Made by a program: the position numbers and the translations under genes. From NCBI GenBank assembly GCA_963662585.1, contig OY759729.1:1824001-1888000 (forward strand): a stretch of 64,000 nucleotides of DNA, in the 5' to 3' direction. The stretch comes from Candidatus Cloacimonadales bacterium. GTDB lineage: Bacteria > Cloacimonadota > Cloacimonadia > Cloacimonadales > JAFGVF01. Of the stretch, positions 19,354 to 29,455 are shown in pieces (the first letter of the stretch is position 1; each line of letters starts with the position of its first letter). A model generated the notes under the pieces. It saw only the letters and a program-made list of their open reading frames with translations, did no database searches and was not told where the DNA came from.

Positions 19354-19929
19354 ATGAGAAAAATACTGCTTATAGATAATTATGATTCATTCACTTATAA
19401 TCTTTATTACTTAATTCAAGAGAACTATTCTGGAGAAGTTGAGGTAATAAGGAATAATCTTGTTCGCTTAGAAGAAATAGGAAATTATGAAGCGATAGTG
19501 ATTTCACCAGGACCTGGTAGGCCTGAGAACTCTGGACTTACCATGAGAGTTCTTGCCGAATATTATGATAAGAAAGCTATTCTAGGAATATGCTTAGGAA
19601 TGCAGTGTATCAATGAGTATTTTGGAGGGAAAACTATTAAAGCTCCTTTTCCAGTACATGGCAAGCAATGTGAAGTTTTTACTACTTGTCAAAGTTTAAT
19701 TATGAATAATTTGACTAATCCAAGCAAAGTAGCCCGTTATCACTCTTTAGTTATTAGTGATATTAGTGATATTCTGAGAGTTACGGCTAAAACTTCTGAT
19801 AATTTGCCTATGGTTATTGAACATAAATTTCTCCCCATTTACGGAATCCAATTTCATCCTGAATCATTCATGACAGAAGAAGGCAAGGCTATGATTAAGA
19901 ACTTTTTAGAAATATTGGAGAAGAGATGA
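19354..19929 (+). CDS. pabA: Aminodeoxychorismate/anthranilate synthase component II (glutamine amidotransferase)
   Basis: IDNYDSFTYNL, SPGPG, GICLG, RYHSL, QFHPES. Confidence 0.85.
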   Translation: MRKILLIDNYDSFTYNLYYLIQENYSGEVEVIRNNLVRLEEIGNYEAIVISPGPGRPENSGLTMRVLAEYYDKKAILGICLGMQCINEYFGGKTIKAPFPVHGKQCEVFTTCQSLIMNNLTNPSKVARYHSLVISDISDILRVTAKTSDNLPMVIEHKFLPIYGIQFHPESFMTEEGKAMIKNFLEILEKR

Positions 19930-21212
19930 AGATTCAAGTGAAAGCTTTAAAAAAAGTTCCCTTTATTGAACCTCTTGAATGGGTTAATAATCACAATTAT
20001 CATAACTCTTCTCTTTTAACTGGTCATGAATCACAATCTGAATTCTCTCTTTATGGCTGGAATCCTCTTCATCAATATCAATATTCTCAAGATAGAGAAG
20101 TCTGGACAAAAATAGCTGATTTGATTGAAAAATATGACTTTAATCACTTAGATTTTCCTGCTAATAGATGTGGGTGGATTGGTTATTTAGACTACGATTT
20201 AGGGAGATATTTAGAGACATTGCCTGATATAAATAAATACTCTTATAAACTACCCCAAGCAATCATAACTCTCTATAGGAATTACAGATATTGGGATAAT
20301 AAGACTCAGCAATGCTGGGATGTTATCTTCGATTATAGTGAGTTTATGCCATCACAAGCTAATGAGAATCAAGCTCCTTATCAGCTTACAAATTTCTCTC
20401 AAGAGTGTAATGAAGAAGAGTATTGCTCTAAAGTTAAGAGAATTCAAGACTATATTCTTAGTGGCGATGTTTATGAAGTAAATCTTACTCAGCAATTCAC
20501 TGCAGACTTCTCTGGTTCAACTTGGAATTTCTTCAAAAAGCTCTACCAGAAAAACAGTGCTCCCTTCTCTGCTTATTTAACTTATGATGACTTTACAGTA
20601 TGTAGTATTTCTCCTGAGCAGTTCCTCAAGTGTGAAAATAAAAAGGTGCTAACCAAGCCTATCAAAGGTACAGCTCCTCGAGGAAAAGACAAGACGGAAG
20701 ATAGAATTAATCAAGAGATGCTTTTAAGCTCAGAGAAAGATTTAGCAGAACTGCACATGATTGTTGACTTACTCAGAAATGATCTGTCAAAAGTTTGCGA
20801 GATTGGCACGGTAAATGTCTTACAAGCTAATAAATTAGAGACTTTTGCCAATGTCTTTCACTTAGTTGGAGTTGTTGAAGGTCTTTTAAAAGAAGGATTC
20901 TCTAATATTGATTTACTTAAAGCTTGTTTCCCTGGAGGTTCTATTACAGGTTGTCCTAAAATAGCTTCTATGAAGGTTATTGAAGAGTTAGAAACCTATA
21001 AAAGAAAGCTCTACACTGGAAGCATCTTTATTATGAATAATGTTTTTCTCCAAAGTAGTATTGTGATCAGAACTGGCATAGTTGTTCAAGATAAGTTGTT
21101 TGTTAACAGCGGAGGAGCAATCACAATAGAATCAGACCCTAAAAGTGAATATCAAGAGATTCTTCATAAAATTAGAACTTTCTTAAATATAAGTGAGCTT
21201 AACAATGATTAG
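19926..21212 (+). CDS. pabB: Aminodeoxychorismate synthase component I
   Basis: PIKGT, ELHMIVDLLRNDL, FPGGSITGCPK; followed by a class IV aminotransferase. Confidence 0.85.
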   Translation: MKIQVKALKKVPFIEPLEWVNNHNYHNSSLLTGHESQSEFSLYGWNPLHQYQYSQDREVWTKIADLIEKYDFNHLDFPANRCGWIGYLDYDLGRYLETLPDINKYSYKLPQAIITLYRNYRYWDNKTQQCWDVIFDYSEFMPSQANENQAPYQLTNFSQECNEEEYCSKVKRIQDYILSGDVYEVNLTQQFTADFSGSTWNFFKKLYQKNSAPFSAYLTYDDFTVCSISPEQFLKCENKKVLTKPIKGTAPRGKDKTEDRINQEMLLSSEKDLAELHMIVDLLRNDLSKVCEIGTVNVLQANKLETFANVFHLVGVVEGLLKEGFSNIDLLKACFPGGSITGCPKIASMKVIEELETYKRKLYTGSIFIMNNVFLQSSIVIRTGIVVQDKLFVNSGGAITIESDPKSEYQEILHKIRTFLNISELNND

Positions 21213-21975
21213 TTATTATAATGGTAGATATCTGCCTCAAGAATCTATTCTAATCTCTGGAGAAAGTCCTGCTTTTCAATATGGCTTGGGAGTTTTTACT
21301 TCTCTAAGAACAAAGCAAGGTAAAGCTATTCTTCTAACTCAGCATCTTAACAGATTAAATGAAAATGGCAAGAAGCTTGGATTAACTTTGCCTAGGGTTG
21401 ATTATGAAGAGATTATTCAGGAACTAGTAAGGCTAAATAAAAGCGAAAAGCTTCGCCTAAAGATTATTCTTTTTGAAGATACTAATAAAAAGACAGGATT
21501 GTTAATAATGACTTCTCAATTTCAAGCAAATAATACACCTAGAAAGCTAACTGTAATATCTGATAATTACCAGCCTAGTATGTTCAGGAATATTAAATCT
21601 TTGAATTATATGGAAAATGTTATCTTACATCGAGAGGCTATTAGAAAAGGCTTTGATGATGGGCTTTTGGTTAATTCGCAAGAGCTTATCTGTGAATGTT
21701 GCTATGCTAATATCTTCTTTGTAAGGCAGGGTATTATTTATACACCAAAAGCTAATGGAAATATTCTTAATGGTATTATAAGGCAAGAACTTATGAAAGA
21801 ATTTCCTATAATAGAGAAAGATATTCTTCTCTCAGAACTTGCCAGCTTTGAACAAGTATTTACTAGCAATTCAGTTCAAGGTATTAGCTTTGTCAAAGAA
21901 ATAGCTGGATATTGCTATAATAGCCAGGCTATTCCTGAACTTGAAAAGTGGGCTACTAAGCTAGGATTTCTTTAG
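21205..21975 (+). CDS. pabC: Class IV aminotransferase, probably 4-amino-4-deoxychorismate lyase
   Basis: FQYGLGVF, HLNRL, IKSLNY, ILNGIIR, TSNSV; pabAB context. Confidence 0.75.
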   Translation: MISYYNGRYLPQESILISGESPAFQYGLGVFTSLRTKQGKAILLTQHLNRLNENGKKLGLTLPRVDYEEIIQELVRLNKSEKLRLKIILFEDTNKKTGLLIMTSQFQANNTPRKLTVISDNYQPSMFRNIKSLNYMENVILHREAIRKGFDDGLLVNSQELICECCYANIFFVRQGIIYTPKANGNILNGIIRQELMKEFPIIEKDILLSELASFEQVFTSNSVQGISFVKEIAGYCYNSQAIPELEKWATKLGFL

Positions 21976-22119
21976 TAGATAAAGCAATACTACATTGTTA
22001 GGGAGATGCTAATTCCTGCAATTACTCCGACAGTAGATAGTATGATTAATCTTGTATAACTATTTTTGTATTGACACAAAATCGATATAAAAAATAGGGT
22101 ACGCTTGAGGTATAAATAT

Positions 22120-23919
22120 ATGAAACAAACTAATATTAGAAATTTCTGTATAATTGCTCACATCGACCATGGTAAATCAACTTTGGCTGATCGATTATTA
22201 GAAGAAACAAATACAATAGATAGAAATAAAATCGTAGATCAGGTTTTAGATAACATGGATCTTGAGCGAGAAAAAGGGATAACTATTAAATCCCATGCAA
22301 TTAGAATGAAGCACACTAAAGATAAAGAAGAGTATGTTTTTAATCTGATTGATACTCCAGGTCATGTTGACTTCACTTATGAAGTATCAAGATCTTTAGC
22401 TTCTTGTGAAGCTGCTCTGCTTCTAGTAGATGCTGCTCAAGGAATTGAAGCACAAACAATGAGTAATCTTTATCTAGCAATGGATAATAATTTAGAGGTT
22501 ATTCCTGTAATAAATAAGATTGATTTACCTAAAGCTGATGTGGAAGGTACTGAACATGATTTAATGGATTTATTAGGTTGTGACCCTGATCATATTTTCA
22601 AGGTTAGTGCTAAAACAGGTTTAGGAGTTCAAGAATTATTAGATGGAATCGTAGATGCTATTTCTGCACCTAAAGGTCTTATTGATGCCCCACCGAAAGC
22701 TGTTATATTTGATTCCTATTTTGACACTTACCGTGGTGTAGTAGTCTTGGTAAGAGTTTTCAACGGAAAGCTGACTAAGGGTGATACAATAAGATTAATG
22801 CAAACTGATAAAGTTTATGATATAGAAGAGATTGGCTATCTAGGAATGAAATTAGAACCTCAAAAAGAACTCACAACTGGAGAAGTAGGTTATCTGATTT
22901 GTAATATTAAAGAGATAGCTGATGCTCGGGTAGGCGATACAGTTACTTCTGTAAAAAACGGTTGTAAAGAAGCAATAACAGGTTATGAAGAACCAAAGCC
23001 TATGGTTTATAGTGGAATATTCCCTATTGATGGAGATGATTATGCAGGTTTAGTTGAGGCCATGGGCAAACTAAAATTAAATGACTCTTCTCTAATCTAT
23101 GAGAAAGAAAGCTCTCTTGCTTTGGGTTATGGGTTCCGTTGTGGTTTCCTAGGAATGCTTCATCTTGAAATCGTTAAAGAGAGACTTTATCGTGAGTATA
23201 ATGTCCCAATTATTGCTACAACTCCAAGTGTTAAATTTATTATTCATTTAAAAGATGGAACAGAAAAAATCGTCTATAATCCTATTGATTTCCCAGATCC
23301 TACCTTAATTGATTTTATTGAAGAACCAGTAATGAATGTGGAAATCATTCTTCCTTCTGAATATATAGGGAATATTATGCAATTAGCTCAAGATAGAAGA
23401 GGCGTGCAAAAAGATATTCAATATATTGATGATAAAAGAGTTGCACTTCACTATGATCTACCTCTAATTGAAATTATTTTTGACTTCTATGATAAGTTGA
23501 AGACCTTGTCTCGTGGCTATGCCTCATTTGATTATAGCTTTAAAAACTATCAAACTTCTGATGTTTCAAAAGTTGATATAATGATTAATGGAGAAAAAGT
23601 TGATGCTATGTCCTTTATCTGCCATGTCGATAAAGCCTATAGTTGGGGTAAAAGTGTTACTGAAAAACTTTCTGAAGTGATACCTAGACATCTCTTCAAA
23701 ATCGCTCTTCAAGCTTGTATCGGTGGTAAAATCATCGCCCGTTCTACTATCAACGCTATGAGAAAAGATGTTTTAGCTAAATGTTATGGTGGCGATATCT
23801 CTCGTAAAAGAAAACTTCTTGATAAACAAAAGAAGGGTAAGAAGAGAATGAAAGAAATCGGTTCAGTTACTGTACCTCAAGAAGCCTTCTTAGAAGTATT
23901 AAAAGCAGATAGAGAGTAG
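22120..23919 (+). CDS. lepA: Translation factor LepA (EF4)
   Basis: IRNFCIIAHIDHGKSTLADR, GFRCGFLGMLH, KCYGGDISRKRKLL. Confidence 0.97.
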   Translation: MKQTNIRNFCIIAHIDHGKSTLADRLLEETNTIDRNKIVDQVLDNMDLEREKGITIKSHAIRMKHTKDKEEYVFNLIDTPGHVDFTYEVSRSLASCEAALLLVDAAQGIEAQTMSNLYLAMDNNLEVIPVINKIDLPKADVEGTEHDLMDLLGCDPDHIFKVSAKTGLGVQELLDGIVDAISAPKGLIDAPPKAVIFDSYFDTYRGVVVLVRVFNGKLTKGDTIRLMQTDKVYDIEEIGYLGMKLEPQKELTTGEVGYLICNIKEIADARVGDTVTSVKNGCKEAITGYEEPKPMVYSGIFPIDGDDYAGLVEAMGKLKLNDSSLIYEKESSLALGYGFRCGFLGMLHLEIVKERLYREYNVPIIATTPSVKFIIHLKDGTEKIVYNPIDFPDPTLIDFIEEPVMNVEIILPSEYIGNIMQLAQDRRGVQKDIQYIDDKRVALHYDLPLIEIIFDFYDKLKTLSRGYASFDYSFKNYQTSDVSKVDIMINGEKVDAMSFICHVDKAYSWGKSVTEKLSEVIPRHLFKIALQACIGGKIIARSTINAMRKDVLAKCYGGDISRKRKLLDKQKKGKKRMKEIGSVTVPQEAFLEVLKADRE

Positions 23920-23920
23920 T

Positions 23921-24060
23921 TTAGAATTGAGAATTGAGAATTGAGAATTGAGAATTGAAGAAAGATGAATCTATCCACTAATTTCACGAAATTTTAAAAA
24001 TATCACCAAGGGATTAAATGGATTCGCCCGAATGTAGGGGCGTATTGCCATACGCCCTTT
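23921..24060 (+). repeat. Repeat array B: 5x AGAATTG head plus spacer plus REP-like GTAG-GGGCGTAT-tgcc-ATACGCCC hairpin
   Basis: Begins 2 nt after the lepA stop; near-identical inverted copy at 25792-25930. Confidence 0.85.
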
Positions 24061-24614
24061 TAATCAAAAAAGAGGTAATTATCACTAAAAACTGGAAATT
24101 ATTTAAGATATTCTTTAAGATTGGAGCCTTCACTATTGGAGGTGGCTATGCAATGCTACATTTAATTGAGTATGAATTGGTGGAAAAAGAGAAATTATTA
24201 GATTATGATACTTTTCATGATGGTCTTGCTCTTTCTCAGACTTCCCCCGGTCCAATAGCAGTTAACATTTCAATATTTCTTGGTTATAGATTGGGTGGCT
24301 ATGCTAGTGCTCTTTTGTGTGCCTTTGCTACTATTTTACCAGCTTTTTTGATTATTAGTTTATTAACTGGTTTCCTTTTGGAATATGCTGAAAATCCTTA
24401 TCTAGTTAAATTTTTCCAAGGGATTAGACCTGCTGTAGGGGCCATGATTACCTTCTCTTTAATAAATCTATTACGCAAAAGTAAAAAGAATTATCTATCT
24501 ATCATAACAATGATAATCTCTTTTATTCTGTTAACATTTCTTTCTATTTCCCCGATTACCATCATAATCGCTTTAATAGTATTTAGCATCATCAGTAGCT
24601 TGGTGAAAAAATGA
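24018..24614 (+). CDS. Short-chain chromate transporter (CHR family), first half; start uncertain
   Basis: FKIGAFTIGGGYAM and SQTSPGPIAVN motifs. Confidence 0.85.
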   Translation: MDSPECRGVLPYALLIKKEVIITKNWKLFKIFFKIGAFTIGGGYAMLHLIEYELVEKEKLLDYDTFHDGLALSQTSPGPIAVNISIFLGYRLGGYASALLCAFATILPAFLIISLLTGFLLEYAENPYLVKFFQGIRPAVGAMITFSLINLLRKSKKNYLSIITMIISFILLTFLSISPITIIIALIVFSIISSLVKK

Positions 24615-25129
24615 TTTACTTAAAATTATACTTGATCTTTTTTAAAATAGGACTATTCGCCTTCGGTGGGGGATTAGCTATGCTTCCTTTAATTCAGGAA
24701 GAGGTAGTTAAAAATCAAGCATGGTTAACAGACCATGAATTTATAGATTTAGTAGCTGTTGCTCAATCAACTCCAGGACCAATTGCTGTTAATTCTGCAA
24801 CTTTTATCGGACAGAAAACATCCGGATTTCTCGGTGGATTAGTAGCTACGGCTGGGGTGGTAACACCTTCTATTATTATAATGTTTATTATCGCAACATT
24901 CTTTTTTATCTTTTCTAAAAATAAATTCGTAAAAGAAGCTCTTGCTTGGATAAAACCTGGAACTATTGGATTTATTGCAAGTGCTGTTTGGTTCATTGGT
25001 GTTAAAACTCTTGTCGATTGGAAAAGTGCCCTTATTTTCTTAGGAGTTCTAGCTTTTTCTTTCTATAAGAAGCCTAATCCTATTGTGGTAACCATTTTAA
25101 CAGGTATTATTGGTATTTTGCTTTATTGA
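24611..25129 (+). CDS. Short-chain chromate transporter (CHR family), second half
   Basis: FKIGLFAFGGGLAM and AQSTPGPIAVNSATFIG. Confidence 0.88.
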   Translation: MIYLKLYLIFFKIGLFAFGGGLAMLPLIQEEVVKNQAWLTDHEFIDLVAVAQSTPGPIAVNSATFIGQKTSGFLGGLVATAGVVTPSIIIMFIIATFFFIFSKNKFVKEALAWIKPGTIGFIASAVWFIGVKTLVDWKSALIFLGVLAFSFYKKPNPIVVTILTGIIGILLY

Positions 25130-25260
25130 AAAAGAAGAGAGATAAAAGATTTAGAAATTATTAAATTCTTACAGGGTAATTTTTCTTACATCATGTAATT
25201 CGTGAAATCTGTGGAGAGGTTTTTCTATGTTTTACAATGAGGCGGAGAGAATCTCCACCG

Positions 25261-25930
25261 TCCGACAGAAGAGGTCTTATCATATTCTCAGAACTTTTCT
25301 TAAAAACTTTGTGTTAGGGAACTTTTCAAGAAGGCGTATGGCAATAGGCCCCTACATTCGCGTTAATTCGTGTGAATGTCCAGTCCTAAATAATTCGACA
25401 GATTTTCTTGTAATTATTATTTTCTCTATTAAACCCTTTGAGTCTACGCTAATGCTTCGCCTTCACAAGACAGGGTTAAATAAATATTGGTGTACCATAC
25501 CCAGGGTCAATTCAACTTCGTTTTTTCAAAACTTCTTTGAATGAGACCCTGGGCTAATCTATTTAATCCCTTTGGGATTTAATAACTGGGGTTACGGACC
25601 TTTAGTCCGTGAATCTTAAATCCCCCTCAGTGAGGGGGACACAGGGGGTGTTTTCTTCTATGGAGTGGAAGCGTCTCTGCTTCCACATAAGACAATAATA
25701 AGATAACATTAGATTTTTATAAGGTTTTTCGCATGCAAGGGTGCATGCAATCCGGCAGAAGAGGTCTTATCATATTCTCAGAACTTTTCAAGAAGGCGTA
25801 TGGCAATAGGCCCCTACATTCGGGCAAATCTATTTAATCCCGTGGTGATATTTTTAAAAAATTCGTGAAATTAGGGGATAGATTTATATTTCTTCAATTC
25901 TCAATTCTTAATTCTCAATTCTTAATTCTA
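25261..25930 (-). repeat. Repeat array C: inverted copy of the array A unit plus a B-type head
   Basis: The reverse complement matches 14205-14553 and 16213-16343 modules; 25792-25930 mirrors 23921-24060. Confidence 0.9.
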
Positions 25931-25951
25931 AATTCCCCCTTTTCTTTTCTC

Positions 25952-25980
25952 TTGACATCAAATAAACTCAATTCCATAAT
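25952..25980 (+). promoter_or_regulatory. Sigma70-type promoter of murA
   Basis: TTGACA-17 nt-CATAAT. Confidence 0.65.
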
Positions 25981-26021
25981 GACAAAAATTAATAATGTAT
26001 ATAAAGATATAGGTGGCATAA

Positions 26022-27275
26022 ATGAAGAAGTTTTTAATAAGAGGTGGAAATAAATTATCTGGATCAGTTGAGATTAGTGGAGCTAAAAATGCTATTTTAC
26101 CCATATTGGCAGCATGTTTGTTAACAAGAGGAAAGAGCGTTTTAACTAATGTTCCTAAACTAGTAGATATAAAAACTATGACCCATTTATTAAGAATTAT
26201 TGGAGCTAGAATAGATTATTTACAAGGGAGAATGGAAGTAGATACTTCAGATGTCTGTTTTCCTGAAGCACCTTATGAATTAGTTTCTCAAATGAGAGCT
26301 TCAATTTATGTTTTAGGACCTTTGTTAGTTAAATTTAAAAAGGCCAAGGTTTCATTCCCTGGTGGCTGTGCTATTGGTGCCAGACCTATAGATTTGCATT
26401 TAAAAGCTTTAGAGAAGATGGGTGCTAGCTTTGAAACAAAAAAAGGGTATTTATATGCAACCACTGATGAACTTAAAGGAGCTGAGATTGATTTTGAGAA
26501 TGTCTCAGTTGGTGCTACTTGTCATATCTTAATGACAGCTACCTTAGCAAAAGGTAAAACTATTTTGCGTAATTGTGCAAAAGAACCTGAGATTGATAGT
26601 TTAATAGATTTTCTCGTAAAGATGGGTGCTAAAATTACTGGTAAGGGTACAAATAAACTTGAGATTGAGGGTGTAAAAGAGCTCTTCCCAATAGGAATGG
26701 AGATGATGCCTGACCGAATTGAAGCAGGAACTTTCCTGATTGCCGGTGCTATTACTAACAGTGAAATAACAGTGTCAAACTGTAATCCTCAACACTTGGA
26801 AGCATTAATTCTCAAAATGAAGCAAGCAGGTTTTAGAATTGAAACAGATGAAGCTAGTATGACTATTTTCCCTACTGATAAAATTTTACCTGTTAATATA
26901 GTAACAGACCCTCATCCTGCTTTCCCTACAGATTTACAGGCTCAATTCTTAGCTTTAATGACTTTAGCAGATGGAACAAGCTATATCGAAGATACTATCT
27001 TCCCTGATAGATTTATGCATGTTCCAGAATTAAATAGATTGCAAGCAGATATTTTTCAAGAAAAGGGTAAAGCCAAAGTGGAAGGAGTCCAATCTCTTAG
27101 TGGGGCAGAAGTTATGGCTACGGATTTAAGAGCAAGTGCGGCTTTAGTTCTCGCTGGATTAGCTGCCGAAGGTGAAACTACTATATCAAGAATATACCAT
27201 ATTGATAGAGGTTATGATAATATTGAGGGCAAATTAAGATTATTAGGAGCTGACATTGAAAGGATTGAAGAATAA
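26022..27275 (+). CDS. murA: UDP-N-acetylglucosamine 1-carboxyvinyltransferase
   Basis: SGAKNA, PGGCAIGARP (catalytic Cys), PDRIEAGT, FPTDLQAQ, ATDLRA. Confidence 0.97.
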   Translation: MKKFLIRGGNKLSGSVEISGAKNAILPILAACLLTRGKSVLTNVPKLVDIKTMTHLLRIIGARIDYLQGRMEVDTSDVCFPEAPYELVSQMRASIYVLGPLLVKFKKAKVSFPGGCAIGARPIDLHLKALEKMGASFETKKGYLYATTDELKGAEIDFENVSVGATCHILMTATLAKGKTILRNCAKEPEIDSLIDFLVKMGAKITGKGTNKLEIEGVKELFPIGMEMMPDRIEAGTFLIAGAITNSEITVSNCNPQHLEALILKMKQAGFRIETDEASMTIFPTDKILPVNIVTDPHPAFPTDLQAQFLALMTLADGTSYIEDTIFPDRFMHVPELNRLQADIFQEKGKAKVEGVQSLSGAEVMATDLRASAALVLAGLAAEGETTISRIYHIDRGYDNIEGKLRLLGADIERIEE

Positions 27276-28323
27276 AAAGATAGCTGTAGCGATGAGTGGA
27301 GGAGTAGATAGCTCCGTAGTCGCTTGTTTACTTAAGAAAGAAGGCTATGACATAGCTGGATTCACTATGGTGCAATATGATGATGAAGAATTTGGCTATA
27401 GTGTAGAAGAGGGTTCTTTGGCCGCGACTAAAGATGCCCAGAAGATTTGTGACCAGCTAGATATTAAGCATATTGTAATTAATGTTAAAGATGAATTTAG
27501 CAGAATTGTACTTAATGATTTTGTTAATCAATATAAAAGTGGGAATACCCCTAATCCCTGTACTCTTTGCAATCCAACAATTAAGTGGGGTGCGTTTTTT
27601 GATAAGATAAAGGAGTACGGATTTGAATATTTTGCTACTGGCCATTATGTTAGGTTGATTCAAGGACAAGATAGACCTCATATCTATCGAGCTGATAATT
27701 CAAAAGACCAAACTTACATGCTGTGGAGAGTTAGAAAAGAGCAATTAGAGAAAACAATATTTCCTCTATATCAACTTAATAAAGATGAAGTTAGGAAAAT
27801 TGCTAGTGAAAATAATCTTTTCGTAGCAGATAAAAAAGATTCTCAAGAGATTTGCTTTATAAAAGATCACTATTTAGATTTTGTTAATAAGATAGTTCCT
27901 GCAAAAGCTGGTAAGATAAAGCTTCTCACCGGCCAAGTTATAGGGGAGCATCATGGACTTACTGCTTATACTATAGGGCAGAGGAAAGGTCTTCAAACTA
28001 AACTTAATATAACTCTTTTCGTTCACTCTATGGATATCAGTAAGAATATTCTTTATGTTACTCCTAATAGGGAAGACTTAAAAGTATCTTCTTTCAGAAT
28101 TAATGAACTTCACTTTTTAGAAAGTGATATGAATAGAGTGAAGAAGAGCTTGGTGCAAATTAGATATAATTCTAAGCCTGTTGAAGTTAGAGATTTAATC
28201 TTTGAAGGAAAAGAGATGGTTGTTATCTTAGAGCAAGCAATAGAATCTGTTACTCCAGGACAATCAGCAGTCTTTTATACTGAAGATAATGAGCTCTTGG
28301 GTGGCGGAGTTATTGTTAAATAG
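27256..28323 (+). CDS. mnmA: tRNA 2-thiouridine(34) synthase
   Basis: AMSGGVDSS, TPNPC..CN, ATGHY, KDQTY, DSQEICF, TPGQSAVFY. Confidence 0.95.
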   Translation: MKGLKNKKIAVAMSGGVDSSVVACLLKKEGYDIAGFTMVQYDDEEFGYSVEEGSLAATKDAQKICDQLDIKHIVINVKDEFSRIVLNDFVNQYKSGNTPNPCTLCNPTIKWGAFFDKIKEYGFEYFATGHYVRLIQGQDRPHIYRADNSKDQTYMLWRVRKEQLEKTIFPLYQLNKDEVRKIASENNLFVADKKDSQEICFIKDHYLDFVNKIVPAKAGKIKLLTGQVIGEHHGLTAYTIGQRKGLQTKLNITLFVHSMDISKNILYVTPNREDLKVSSFRINELHFLESDMNRVKKSLVQIRYNSKPVEVRDLIFEGKEMVVILEQAIESVTPGQSAVFYTEDNELLGGGVIVK

Positions 28324-28338
28324 GTTAAATTCACATAA

Positions 28339-29229
28339 ATGTTAGATTTAATAAAAAAGTGGACAGGAGTATTTCTTCTGTCTGCTGTAGTTATAGGCTT
28401 TATATTTCCTTTCTTCTCACTCTTTAGGCCAGTAATGATACCCTTACTGATGCTTTTGCTCTACTGTTCTTTTGTAAGAATGGAGTTTAAAGCAAGAAAC
28501 TTTTTTCGGAAAGAGTTAATAATCTTTCCACTTATTTGCTGGCTAATTTCACCTTTAATGGTTTATTACGCAACAAGTTGGATGGGAAGTGCTTTGCAAA
28601 TTGGTTTTCTCTTAGTTGTTATTACACCACCAGCTTTAGGCTCACCTGTAATGGTTTCACTTGCTAAGGGAGATTTGGAATATACTGTGGCAAATGTAAC
28701 AATCTTCAATATCATATCTCCTTTGGTATTCGCTATTATCCCCAGATTATTTCTTCACGAAAGTAGCCTTTCAATAAATTATTATGATATTTTTTGGCGA
28801 GTTACTATAATAATATTTATCCCTCTCATTTTAGCTTTTCTCACTAACAAAGTACTAACAATTAAAGAATTTGTTATTAGCAAGATTGATCCATTCAAAG
28901 CTTTGATTCAGATGTTTTTGATAATTATCGCTGTTGCTAATTCATCCAAAGAAATCAAAAAGATGAGTAAAATAGATTTAATCTCTGTCCTTGTCTTTAC
29001 TTTTCTTCTTGCTGGAATATTATATCTGATTGGTTGGTTGATTGCTAGGAGTAAAAAGATGAAATATACTTTGCCAATCACAACAGGTCATAAAAATACA
29101 CTACTAACTATCACTATTGCTATTGCAAGTTTTTCAGAGATTACTGCTCTTCCAGCTGTTTTCTATCTTATAGCCCATCATACTTATAATGGAATTATTA
29201 TTAATTTAAGTAGAAGAATAACTTTATAG
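28339..29229 (+). CDS. Bile acid:Na+ symporter (SBF)-like membrane transporter
   Basis: About 9-10 TM segments, TPPALGSP...LAKGD motif, GHKN motif. Confidence 0.65.
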   Translation: MLDLIKKWTGVFLLSAVVIGFIFPFFSLFRPVMIPLLMLLLYCSFVRMEFKARNFFRKELIIFPLICWLISPLMVYYATSWMGSALQIGFLLVVITPPALGSPVMVSLAKGDLEYTVANVTIFNIISPLVFAIIPRLFLHESSLSINYYDIFWRVTIIIFIPLILAFLTNKVLTIKEFVISKIDPFKALIQMFLIIIAVANSSKEIKKMSKIDLISVLVFTFLLAGILYLIGWLIARSKKMKYTLPITTGHKNTLLTITIAIASFSEITALPAVFYLIAHHTYNGIIINLSRRITL

Positions 29230-29402
29230 CATGGGGAACGATTCTGACTGCTTAATAATCCATAGTCATTCTTTATCTAATCCAATCTGTAATCCCTTGA
29301 ATTTTCGCTAATTTTCACCCTCACAAGTCAGGATTAAAGTCTTATAAAGCGAGCAAAATTAGGAGATAAATATTTCTAAGGCAAGCAATAGTCACAAAAA
29401 AA

Positions 29403-29428
29403 AGAGTATTGGACTTTACCAATACTCT
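29403..29428. terminator. Terminator hairpin for the minus-strand methyltransferase gene
   Basis: AGAGTATTGG actttA CCAATACTCT preceded by an A run (T run on the minus strand). Confidence 0.7.
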
Positions 29429-29455
29429 AAAGTATGATAAATGTGGACAGATAAT

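Noticed and set aside
25865..26053. Small ORFs 25865-26053, 16992-17174, 54013-54207 and 54590-54805
   Set aside because: Translations of repeat or heptamer DNA (for example FSILNSQF low-complexity peptides).
28339..29229. Calling the symporter Acr3 (arsenite efflux)
   Set aside because: No Acr3 PCTAM-type Cys motif and 9 kb from the ars genes; left as a generic SBF-like transporter.
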